From NCBI GenBank assembly GCA_040954595.2, contig CM082576.2, positions 20,011,028 through 20,075,027 of the forward strand: DNA of 64,000 nt, read 5' to 3'. The notes beneath the pieces were generated by a model. It did not search any database. It was not told where the DNA came from and was given only the letters and a program-made list of their open reading frames with translations. Made by a program: the position numbers and the translations under genes. This DNA comes from Balanoglossus misakiensis. Taxonomy: Eukaryota > Animalia > Hemichordata. Shown piece by piece: positions 33,261-46,200 of the stretch (its first letter is position 1; the number at the start of each line of letters is the position of its first letter).

Positions 33261-33699
33261 TCTGAAACATCGGCAGTCATGATACGATTTAAAGTTCAGT
33301 CATGTTGATTGTTTTGAGTTCAGCGTTGGGAAAGCGTTGTACTTTGTCATGCGGGTGGACAATGTGGAAGTTCAACTTCCATTTCTTTTCATGGCGTCTG
33401 TATACTCAGTTTATTATCGGTCACAAATCAACTATTTAACATGAACTACCACTGGAATTTTCTTGTTCAACGTTTGAAGGTTTATTTTAAAAAAAAGCAT
33501 GAAAGTTTAAAAACAAATTGCGTGCGAAGTCTGATTGTGTGTACGTGACTGTGCAGTGGAGCAATGCATTGCAGAGACAATATGCGTACGCTCCCTTTGG
33601 AATTCAACTTGCTACAATGTTTGACTTCTGTACTTGCCAGCGATAAAGAAAGTCGTCAAACCCAGAAATCAAAACCGGACACTCAATTAATTTTCCCTG
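33085..33699 (-). repeat. Right TIR (~610 bp)
   Basis: Inverted copy of 31542-32154. Confidence 0.93.
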
Positions 33700-36600
33700 T
33701 ATGCTGTAGGAAATCTGAGTTGATGAGCGGGAATTCAATGTTAGAAAACCCGTGTGGAAAGTATCTCTACCCGTTTGAAACTAAGAAAAGAATTTATTCT
33801 TATTTATTTTGCAAAAAAGACAATTTTTCGAAAAAAAGTCGAAAATGGTAATTTTGTCTTGGGTGATTCAAATTATACCGCCTTTTCTGGAATTTGCAGC
33901 ACTTTTTACAAGAGAACGACACTTCATGCTCCATAATATTTCCGAAAATGAAGAAAAGAGTTAATTTTTTATGATTTTTTAAAAATTTACCATTTTTGTC
34001 AAAATATGGCCAAAATGGCTATTTTTTCTTGAATTCCGTCAATATCTCTGCATTTTTGGAGTGGTCAAAAGTTTTAACATACAATCAACATGTCATATAT
34101 GATCAGGGCACCAAATTCGAAGAACAAAGGTTTTTTTATTTGTTTTTCTAAAAATGACATTTTCAAGGAAAATTTGGTAAAACGCAATTTGGCTGCAGTG
34201 AGCCAAATTAGACGGTCTTTTGTGGAATTTGTATCGATATATACATACGAAGAGCATTCTATACTCCATCAGATTTCCGAAAATGTAGAAAACAGGTTTT
34301 TTTGTAATTTTCAAAAATTTACCATTTTGACCAAATTGTGGCTAAAATTGTTATTTTCGTGTTGAATGCCGCCAGTGTCACTGTCTTTAAAAGTCATAAA
34401 AACTTTTAACATACAAGCAATTGTTTATATATGATCAGGTCACAGAATTAAAAATATAAAGAATGTTTTGCCTAAAAATGACCTTTTTGGTGCAAAAACG
34501 AATAAAACGCAATTTTGTATTAAATCAGCTCATTCAGAGTGCATTTTTTATAATCAGCACCATTTTTACATATAATGGAAATTTCATACATCATCAGATA
34601 TCCAAATATGAAAAAATGATTTAGATTTTAGATGATTGTCCAAAATTAGCTGATATCTAATAAATGTAGTATTGAACCGTTCTGTTCCCCCCCCCCCTAC
34701 ATTATATGCGGTACGCCGATGTCAGCTTACCCGGCAGTACTGCAGGCCGTGCCCCCAACTAACGTCGGTGTTTGAAACGCCGTGGTTAAATTCGGGCTTT
34801 CTCTATAAATTGACAGGCAATAATGCAGTCCTACCCGAACAAATGTCAAGTGTTGAACGGCTGTGACTTTCCCTCTTCGGTTTGCCCGTCTTAGCCAACG
34901 TCTTTGTACTAGAGTGCCGGGGCTTTATCCAAGCCATGCCGTAGAAAATCTGACTTGATCACCGTTGCTTACGTACGCTAGTGTCTGTCATATTGTGACG
35001 GAGATTTAGCCGAGCCAGGCCGTAGAAAAATCGACTTGTTCAACGTTACCAGTGTGCAACTGTTTCTGCTCTAGAGTGTCAGGGTTTTAGCCGACTTATG
35101 CTGTAGGAAATCTGAGTTGATAAACTGGAATTCAATGTTAGAAAACCTGTGTGGAAAGTATCTCTACCCGTTTGAAACTAAGAAAAGAATTTATTCTTAT
35201 TTATTTTGTAAAAAAGACAATTTTTCGAAAAAAAAGTCGAAAATGGTAATTTTGTCTTGGGTGATTTAAATTATACCGCCTTTTCTGGAATTTGCAGCAC
35301 TTTTTTACAAGAGAACGACACTTCATGCTCCATAATATTTCCGAAAATGAAGAAAAGAGTTAATTTTTTATGATTTTTTAAAAAATTACCATTTTTGTCA
35401 AAATATGGCGAAAATGGCTATTTTTTCTTGAATTCCGTCGATATCTCTGCATTTTTGGAGTGGTCGAAAGTTTTAACATACAATCAACATGTCATATATG
35501 ATCAGGGCACCAAATTCGAAGAACAAAGGTTTTTTTATTTTTTTTCTAAAAATGACATTTTCAAGGAAAATTTGGTAAAACGCAATTTTGTCTGCAGTGA
35601 GCCAAAATAAACGGTCTTTTGTGGAATTTGTATCGATATATACATACGAAGAGCATTCTATACTCCATCAGATTTCCGAAAATGTAGAAAACAGGTATTT
35701 TTTGTAATTTTCAAAAATTTACCATTTTGACCAAATTGTGGCTAAAATTGTTATTTTCGTGTTGAATGCCGCCAGTGTCACTGCTTTTAAAAGTCATAAA
35801 AACTTTTAACATACAAGCAATTGTTTATATATGATCAGGTCACCGAATTAAAAAAAATAAAGAATGTTTTGCCTAAAAATGACCTTTTTGGTGCAAAAAC
35901 GAATAAAACGCAATTTTTTATTAAATCAGCTCATTCAGAGTGCATTTTTATAATCAGCACCATTTTTACGTATAATGGAAATTTCATACATCATCAGATA
36001 TCCAAATATGAAAAAATGAATTAGATATATTTAAGATGATTATCCAAAATTAGCTGATATCTGATAAATGTAGTATTGAACCGTTCTGTTTCCCCCCCCC
36101 CCCCTACATTACATGCGGTACGCCGATGTCAGCTTACCCGGCAGTACTGCAGGCCGTGCCCCCAACTAACGTCGGTGTTTGAAACGCCCTGGTTAAATTC
36201 GAGCTTTCTCTATAAATTGACAGGCAATAATGCAGTCCTACCCGAACAAATGTCGAGTGTTGACCCGCTGTGATTTTCCCTCTTCGGTTTGCCCGACTTA
36301 GCCAACGTCTTTGTACTAATGTGTCGGGTCTTTTGCAGAGCCAGGCCGAAGGAAATCCAACTTGATCACCGTTGCTAACGAACGCTAGTGTCTGTCATGG
36401 TGTGCCGGGGTTTTAGTCGAGCCAGGCCGTAGGAGATCTGACTTGATCATCGTGGTCAATGTACGCGTGTTTTCGCTCTAAAGTGCCGGGGCTTCAGCTA
36501 AACCAGGCCGTAGGAAATCCGACGTAATCACCGTTGATAACTTACGCCAGTCTGTGTCATATAGAGCCGGTGCACCAGCCGAGTCACGCCGTAGGAAATC

Positions 36601-37299
36601 TGACTTGATCAACGTGGTCAGTGTACGCCTGTTTCTGCTCTAGAGTGCCGGGGCTTCAGCTGAGCCAGGCCGTAGGAAACCCGACGTGATTACCGTTGTT
36701 AACTTACGCCAGTCTGTGTCCTATATATAGTGCCGGGGCATCAGCCAGGACAGGCCGAAGGAAATGTGAGTAGATCAACGTGGTCTCTGTACGCGTGTTT
36801 CTGCTCTAGAGTGCCAGGGCTTTAGCCAAGCCATGCCGTAGGAAATCTGACTTGATCAACGTTGCTAATGAACGCTAGTGTCTGTCATAGTGTGCCGGGG
36901 TTTTAGTCGAGCCAAGCCGTAGGAGATCAGACTTGATCAACGTGGTCTCTGTAGGCGTGTTTCTGCTCTAGAGTGCCGGGGCTTTATCCAAGCCATGCCG
37001 TAGAAAATCTGACTTGATCACCGTTGCTAACGTACGCTAGTGTCTGTCATATTGTGACGGAGATTTAGCCGAGCCAGGCCGTAGAAAAATCGACTTGTTC
37101 AACGTTACCATTTGTGCAACTGTTTCTGCTCTAGAGTGTCAGGGTTTTAGCCGACTTATGCTGTAGGAAATCTGAGTTGATGAACGGGAATTCATTGTTA
37201 GAAAACCCGTGGAAAGTATCTCTACCCGTTTGAAACTAAGAAAAGAATTTATTCTTATTTATTTTGTAAAAAAGACAATTTTTCGAAAAAAAGTCGAAA

Positions 37300-40200
37300 A
37301 TGGTAATTTTGTCTTGGGTGATTCAAATTATACCACCTTTTCTGGAATTTGCAGCACTTTTTACAAGAGAACGGCACTTCATGCTCCATAATATTTCCGA
37401 AAATGAAGAAAAGAGTTAATTTTTTATGATTTTTTAAAAATTTACCATTTTTGTCAAAATATGGCCAAAATGGCTATTTTTTCTTGAATTCCGTCAATAT
37501 CTCTGCATTTTTGGAGTGGTCGAAAGTTTTAACATACAATCAACATGTCATATATGATCAGGGCACCAAAGGAAGAACAAAGGTTTTTTTATTTTATTAT
37601 CTAAAAATGACATTTTCAAGGAAAATTTGGTAAAACGCAATTTTGTCTGCAGTGAGCCAAATTTGACGGTCTTTTGTGGAATTTGTATCGATATATACAT
37701 ACGAAGAGCATTCTATACTCCATCAGATTTCCGAAAATGTAGAAAACAGGTATTTTTTGTAATTTTCAAAAATTTACCATTTTGAACAAATTGTGGCTAA
37801 AATTGTTATTTTCGTGTTGAATGCCGCCAGTGTCACTGATTTTAAAAGTCATAAAAACTTTTAACATACAAGCAATTGTTTATATATGATCAGGTCACCG
37901 AATTAAAAAAATAAAGAACGCTTTGCCTAAAAATGACCTTTTTGGTGCAAAAACGAATAAAACGCAATTTTGTATTAAATCAGCTCATTCAGAGTGCATT
38001 TTTTATAATCAGCACCATTTTTACATATAATGGAAATGTCATACATCATCAGATATCCAAATATGAAAAAATGATTTAGATTTTAGATGATTGTCCAAAA
38101 TTAGCTGATATCTAATAAATGTAGTATTGAACCGTTCTGTTCCCCCCACCCCAACATTATATGCGGTACGCCGATGTCAGCTTACCAGGCAGTACTGCAG
38201 GCCGTGCCCCCAACTAACGACGGTGTTCGAAACGCCCTGGTTAAATTCGGGCTTTCTCTATAAATTGACAGGCAATAATGCAGTCCTACCCGACCAAATG
38301 TCGAGTGTTGACCCACTGTGACTTTCCTTCTTCGGTTTGCCCGACTTAGCCAACGTCTTTGTACTAGAGTGTCGGGTCTTTTGCAGAGCCAGGCCGAAGG
38401 AAATCCGACTTGATCACCGTTGCTAACGAACGCTAGTGTCTGTCATGGTGTGCCGGGGTTTTAGTCGAGCCAGGCCGTACGAGATCTGACTTGATCATCG
38501 TGGTCTATGTAAGCGTGTTTCCGCTCTAAAGTGCCGGGGTTTCAGCTAAACCAGGCCGTAGGAAATCCGACGTAATCACCGTTGATAACTTACGACAGTC
38601 TGTGTCATATAGAGCCGGTGCACCAGCCGAGTCACGCCGTAGGAAATCTGACTTGATCAACGTGGTCAATGTACGCCTGTTTCTGCTCTAGAGTGCCGGG
38701 GCTTCAGCTGAGCCAGGCCGTAGGAAACCCGACGTGATTACCGTTGTTAACTTACGCCAGTCTGTGTCCTATATATAGTGCCGGGGCATCAGCCGTGCCA
38801 GGCCGAAGGAAATGTGAGTAGATCAACGTGGTCTCTGTACTCGTGTTTCTGCTCTAGAGTGTCAGGGCTTTAGCAAAGCCATGCCGTAGGAAATCTGTCT
38901 TGATCAACGTTGCTAACGAACGCTAGTGTCTGTCATAGTGTGCCGGGGTTTTAGTCGAGCCAAGCCGTAGGAGATCAGACTTGATCAACGTGGTCTCTGT
39001 ACGCGTGTTTCTGCTCTAGAGTGCCGGGGCTTTATCCAAGCCATGCCGTAGAAAATCTGACTTGATCACCGTTGCTAACGTACGCTAGTGTCTGTCATAT
39101 TGTGACGGAGATTTAGCCGAGCCAGGCTGTAAAAAAATCGACTTGTTCAACGTTACCAGTGTGCAACTGTTTCTGCTCTAGAGTGTCAGGGTTTTAGCCG
39201 ATTTATGCTGTAGGAAATCAGAGCTGATGAACGGGAATTCAATGTTAGAAAACCCGTGTGGAAAGTGTCTCTACCCGTTTGAAACTAAGAAAGGAATTTA
39301 TTTTTATTTATTTTGTAAAAAAGACAATTTTTCGAAAAAAAGGCGAAAATTGTAATTTTGTCATGTGTGATTCAAATTATACCACCTTTTCTGGAATTTG
39401 CAGCACTTTTTACAAGAGAACGACACTTCATGCTCCATAATATTTCCGAAAATGAAGAAAAGAGTTATTTTTTATGATTTTTTAAAAATTTACCATTTTT
39501 GTCAAAATATGGCCAACATGGCTATTTTTTCTTGAATTCCGTCAATATCTCTGCATTTTTGGAGTGGTCGAAAGTTTTAACATACAATCAACATGTCATA
39601 TATGATCGGGGCACCAAATTCGTAGAACAAAGGTTTTTTTATTTTTTTTTCTAAAAATGACATTTTCAAGGAAAATTTGGTAAAACGAAATTTTGTCTGC
39701 AGTGAGCCAAATTAGACGGTCTTTTGTGGAATTTGTATCGATATATACATACGAAGAGCATTCTATACTCCATCAGATTTCCGAAAATGTAGAAAACAGG
39801 TATTTTTTGTAATTTTGAAAAAATTTTCCATTTTGACCAAATTGTGGCTAAAATTGTTATTTTCGTGTTGGTGCCGCCAGTGTCACTGCTTTTAAAAGTC
39901 ATAAAAACTTTTAACATACAAGTAATTCTTTATATATGATCAGGTCACCGAATTAAAAAAATAAAGAATGTTTTGCCTAAAAATGACCTTTTAGGTGCAA
40001 AAACGAATAAAACGTAATTTTGTATTAAATCAGCTCATTCAGAGTGCATTTTTTATAATCAGCACCATTTTTACATATAATGGAAATTTCATACATCATC
40101 AGATATCCAAATATGAAAAAATGATTTAGATTTTAGATGATTGTCCAAAATTAGCTGATATCTAATAAATGTAGTATTGAACCGTTCTGTTTCCCCCCCC

Positions 40201-43200
40201 CCCCCCTACATTATATGCGGTACGCCGATGTCAGCTTACCCGGCAGTACTGCAGGCCGTGCCCCCAACTAACGTCGGTTTTTGAAACGCCCTGGTTAAAT
40301 TCGGGCTTTCTCTATAAATTGACAGGCAATAATGCAGTCCTACCCGAACAAATGTCGAGTGTTGACCCACTGTGACTTTCCCTCTTCGGTTTGCCCGACT
40401 TAGCCAACGTCTTTGTACTAGAGTGTCGGGTCTTTTGCAGAGCCAGGCCGAAGGAAATCCGACTTGATCACCGTTGCTAACGAACGCTAGTGTCTGTCAT
40501 GGTGTGCCGGGGTTTTAGTCGAGCCAGGCCGTACGAGATCTGACTTGATCATCGTGGTCTATGTAAGCGTGTTTCCGCTCTAAAGTGCCGGGGTTTCAGC
40601 TAAACCAGGCCGTAGGAAATCCGACGTAATCACCGTTGATAACTTACGACAGTCTGTGTCATATAGAGCCGGTGCACCAGCCGAGTCACGCCGTAGGAAA
40701 TCTGACTTGATCAACGTGGTCAATGTACGCCTGTTTCTGCTCTAGAGTGCCGGGGCTTCAGCTGAGCCAGGCCGTAGGAAACCCGACGTGATTACCGTTG
40801 TTAACTTACGCCAGTCTGTGTCCTATATATAGTGCCGGGGCATCAGCCGTGCCAGGCCGAAGGAAATGTGAGTAGATCAACGTGGTCTCTGTACTCGTGT
40901 TTCTGCTCTAGAGTGTCAGGGCTTTAGCAAAGCCATGCCGTAGGAAATCTGTCTTGATCAACGTTGCTAACGAACGCTAGTGTCTGTCATAGTGTGCCGG
41001 GGTTTTAGTCGAGCCAAGCCGTAGGAGATCAGACTTGATCAACGTGGTCTCTGTACGCGTGTTTCTGCTCTAGAGTGCCGGGGCTTTATCCAAGCCATGC
41101 CGTAGAAAATCTGACTTGATCACCGTTGCTAACGTACGCTAGTGTCTGTCATATTGTGACGGAGATTTAGCCGAGCCAGGCTGTAAAAAAATCGACTTGT
41201 TCAACGTTACCAGTGTGCAACTGTTTCTGCTCTAGAGTGTCAGGGTTTTAGCCGATTTATGCTGTAGGAAATCAGAGCTGATGAACGGGAATTCAATGTT
41301 AGAAAACCCGTGTGGAAAGTGTCTCTACCCGTTTGAAACTAAGAAAGGAATTTATTTTTATTTATTTTGTAAAAAAGACAATTTTTCGAAAAAAAGGCGA
41401 AAATTGTAATTTTGTCATGTGTGATTCAAATTATACCACCTTTTCTGGAATTTGCAGCACTTTTTACAAGAGAACGACACTTCATGCTCCATAATATTTC
41501 CGAAAATGAAGAAAAGAGTTATTTTTTATGATTCTTTAAAAATTTACCATTTTTGTCAAAATATGGCCAACATGGCTATTTTTTCTTGAATTCCGTCAAT
41601 ATCTCTGCATTTTTGGAGTGGTCGAAAGTTTTAACATACAATCAACATGTCATATATGATCGGGGCACCAAATTCGTAGAACAAAGGTTTTTTTATTTTT
41701 TTTTCTAAAAATGACATTTTCAAGGAAAATTTGGTAAAACGAAATTTTGTCTGCAGTGAGCCAAATTAGACGGTCTTTTGTGGAATTTGTATCGATATAT
41801 ACATACGAAGAGCATTCTATACTCCATCAGATTTCCGAAAATGTAGAAAACAGGTATTTTTTGTAATTTTGAAAAAATTTTCCATTTTGACCAAATTGTG
41901 GCTAAAATTGTTATTTTCGTGTTGGTGCCGCCAGTGTCACTGCTTTTAAAAGTCATAAAAACTTTTAACATACAAGTAATTCTTTATATATGATCAGGTC
42001 ACCGAATTAAAAAAATAAAGAATGTTTTGCCTAAAAATGACCTTTTAGGTGCAAAAACGAATAAAACGTAATTTTGTATTAAATCAGCTCATTCAGAGTG
42101 CATTTTTTATAATCAGCACCATTTTTACATATAATGGAAATTTCATACATCATCAGATATCCAAATATGAAAAAATGATTTAGATTTTAGATGATTGTCC
42201 AAAATTAGCTGATATCTAATAAATGTAGTATTGAACCGTTCTGTTTCCCCCCCCCCCCCTACATTATATGCGGTACGCCGATGTCAGCTTACCCGGCAGT
42301 ACTGCAGGCCGTGCCCCCAACTAACGTCGGTTTTTGAAACGCCCTGGTTAAATTCGGGCTTTCTCTATAAATTGACAGGCAATAATGCAGTCCTACCCGA
42401 ACAAATGTCGAGTGTTGACCCACTGTGACTTTCCCTCTTCGGTTTGCCCGACTTAGCCAACGTCTTTGTACTAGAGTGTCGGGTCTTTTGCAGAGCCAGG
42501 CCGAAGGAAATCCGACTTGATCACCGTTGCTAACGAACGATAGTGTCTGTCATGGTGTGCCGGGGTTTTAGTCGAGCCAGGCCGTACGAGATCTGACTTG
42601 ATCATCGTGGTCTATGTAAGCGTGTTTCCGCTCTAAAGTGCCGGGGTTTCAGCTAAACCAGGCCGTAGGAAATCCGACGTAATCACCGTTGATAACTTAC
42701 GACAGTCTGTGTCATATAGAGCCGGTGCACCAGCCGAGTCACGCCGTAGGAAATCTGACTTGATCAACGTGGTCAATGTACGCCTGTTTCTGCTCTAGAG
42801 TGCCGGGGCTTCAGCTGAGCCAGGCCGTAGGAAACCCGACGTGATTACCGTTGTTAACTTACGCCAGTCTGTGTCCTATATATAGTGCCGGGGCATCAGC
42901 CGTGCCAGGCCGAAGGAAATGTGAGTAGATCAACGTGGTCTCTGTACTCGTGTTTCTGCTCTAGAGTGTCAGGGCTTTAGGAAATCTGTCTTGATCAACG
43001 TTGCTAACGAACGCTAGTGTCTGTCATGGTGTGCCGGGGTTTTAGTTGAGCCAGGCCGTAGGAAATCTGACTTGATCAACGTTGCTAATGAACGCTAGTG
43101 TCTGTCATAGTGTGCCGGGGTTTTAGTCGAGCCAAGCCGTAGGAGATCAGACTTGATCAACGTGGTCTCTGTACGCGTGTTTCTGCTCTAGAGTGCCGGG

Positions 43201-46200
43201 GCTTTATCCAAGCCATGCCGTAGAAAATCTGACTTGATCACCGTTGCTAACGTACGCTAGTGTCTGTCATATTGTGACGGAGATTTAGCCGAGCCAGGCC
43301 GTAGAAAAATCGACTTGTTCAACGTTAACATTTGTGCAACTGTTTCTGCTCTAGAGTGTCAGGGTTTTAGCCGACTTATACTAGAGGAAATCTGAGTTGA
43401 TGAACTTGAATTCATTGTTAGAAAACCCGTGGAAAGTATCTCTACCCGTTTGAAACTAAGAAAAGAATGTATTCTTATTTATTTTGTAAAAAAGACAATT
43501 TTTCGAAAAAAAGTCGAAAATGGTAATTTTGTCTTGGGTGATTCAAATTATACCGCCTTTTCTGGAATTTGCAGCACTTTTTACAAGAGAACGACACTTC
43601 ATGCTCCATTATATTTCCGAAAATGAAGAAAAGAGTTAATTTTTTATGATTTTTTAAAAATTTACCATTTTTGTCAAAATATGGCCAAAATGGCTATTTT
43701 TTCTTGAATTCCGTCAATATCTCTGCATTTTTGGAGTGGTCGAAAGTTTCAACATACAATCAACATGTCATATATGATCAGGGCACCAAATTCGATGAAC
43801 AAAGGTTTTTTTTTTTTTTTTTCTAAAAATGACATTTTCAAGGAAAATTTGGTAAAACGCAATTTTGTCTGCAGTGAGCCAAATTAGACGGTCTTTTGTG
43901 GAATTTGTATCGATATATACATATGAAGAGCATTCTATACTCCATCAGATTTCCGAAAATGTAGAAAACATGTAATTTTTGTAATTTTCAAAAATTTACC
44001 ATTTTGACCAAATTGTGGCTAAAATTGTTATTTTCGTGTTGAATGCCGCCAGTGTCACTGCTTTTAAAAGTCATAAAAACTTTCAACATACAAGCAATTG
44101 TTTATATATGATCAGGTCACCGAATTATAAAAATGAAGAATGTTTTGCCTAAAAATGACCTTTTTGGTGCAAAAACGAATAAAACGCAATTTTGTATTAA
44201 ATCAGCTCATTCAGAGTGCATTTTTTATAATCAGCACCATTTTTACATATAATGGAAATTTCATACATCATCAGATATCCAAATATGAAAAAATGATTTA
44301 GATTTTAGATGATTGTCCAAAATTAGCTGATATCTAATAAATGTAGTATTGAACCGTTCTGTTCCCCCCCCCCCCCTACATTATATGCGGTACGCCGATG
44401 TCAGCTTACCCGGCAGTACTGCAGGCCGTGCCCCCAACTAACGTCGGTGTTTGAAACGCCCTGGGTAAATTCGGGCTTTCTCTATAAATTGACAGGCAAT
44501 AATGCAGTCCTACCCGAACAAATGTCGAGTGTTGACCCGCTGTGACTTTCCCTCTTCGGTTTGCCCGACTTAGCCAACGTCTTTGTACTAGAGTGTCGGG
44601 TCTTTTGCAGAGCCAGGCCGTAGGAAATCCGACGTAATCACCGTTGATAACTTACGACAGTCTGTGTCATATAGAGCCGGTGCACCAGCCGAGTCACGCC
44701 GTAGGAAATCTGACTTGATCAACGTGGTCAATGTACGCCTGTTTCTGCTCTAGAGTGCCGGGGCTTCAGCTGAGCCAGGCCGTAGGAAACCCGACGTGAT
44801 TACCGTTGTTAACTTACGCCAGTCTGTGTCCTATATATAGTGCCGGGGCATCAGCCGTGCCAGGCCGAAGGAAATGTGAGTAGATCAACGTGGTCTCTGT
44901 ACTCGTGTTTTTGCTCTAGAGTGTCAGGGCTTTAGCAAAGCCATGCCGTAGGAAATCTGTCTTGGTCAACGTTGCTAACGAACGCTAGTGTCTGTCATAG
45001 TGTGCCGGGGTTTTTAGTCGAGCCAAGCCGTAGGAGATCAGACTTGATCAACGTGGTCTCTGTACGCGTGTTTCTTCTCTAGAGTGCCGGGGCTTTATCC
45101 AAGCCATGCCGTAGAAAATCTGACTTGATCACCGTTGCTAACGTACGCTAGTGTCTGTCATATTGTGACGGAGATTTAGCCGAGCCAGGCTGTAAAAAAA
45201 TCGACTTGTTCAACGTTACCAGTGTGCAACTGTTTCTGCTCTAGAGTGTCAGGGTTTTAGCCGACTTGTAGGAAATCTGAGTTGATGAACGGGAATTCAA
45301 TGTTAGAAAACCCGTGTGGAAAGTATCTCTACCCGTTTGGAACTAAGAAAAGAATTTATTCTTATTTATTTTGTAAAAAAGACAATATTTCGAAAAAAAG
45401 TCGAAAATGGTAATTATTGTCTTGGGTGATTCAAATTATACCGCCTTTTCTGGAATTTGCAGCACTTTTTACAAGAGAACGACACTTCATGCTCCATAAT
45501 ATTTCCGAAAATGAAGAAAAGAGTTAATTTTTTATGATTTTTTAAAAATTTACCATTTTTGTCAAAATATGGCCAACATGGCTATTTTTTCTTGAATTCC
45601 GTCAATATCTCTGCATTTTTGGAGTGGTCGAAAGTTTTAACATACAATCAACATGTCATATATGATCGGGGCACCAAATTCGTAGAACAAAGTTTTTTTT
45701 ATTTTTTTTTCTAAAAATGACATTTTCAAGGAAAATTTGGTAAAACGCAATTTTGTCTGCAGTGAGCCAAATTAGACGGTCTTTTGTGGAATTTGTATCG
45801 ATATATACATACGAAGAGCATTCTATACTCCATCAGATTTCCGAAAATGTAGAAAACAGGTATTTTTTGTAATTTTGAAAAAAATTTCCATTTTGACCAA
45901 ATTGTGGCTAAAATTGTTATTTTCGTGTTGGTGCCGCCAGTGTCACTGCTTTTAAAAGTCATAAAAACTTTTAACATACAAGTAATTCTTTATATATGAT
46001 CAGGTCACCGAATTAAAAAAATAAAGAATGTTTTGCCTAAAAATGACCTTTTAGGTGCAAAAACGAATAAAACGTAATTTTGTATTAAATCAGCTCATTC
46101 AGAGTGCATTTTTTATAATCAGCACCATTTTTACATATAATGGAAATTTCATACATCATCAGATATCCAAATATGAAAAAATGATTTAGATTTTAGATGA

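Larger units (their letters stand above)
31542..33699. mobile_element. Internally deleted IS630/Tc1/mariner element, DD37E type (L31-like), with very long TIRs
   Basis: TA TSD (31540-31541 and 33700-33701), ends CAGGGAAAATTAATTGAGTGTCCGG, ~610-bp TIRs. Remnant DNAPIH...PAYSPDLNPVE has 37 residues between D and E. Confidence 0.88.

Noticed and set aside
36000-38100. 5S rRNA, tRNA or histone gene as the core of the 2-kb tandem unit
   Set aside because: No 5S sequence, cloverleaf, A/B boxes or histone ORF visible on either strand.
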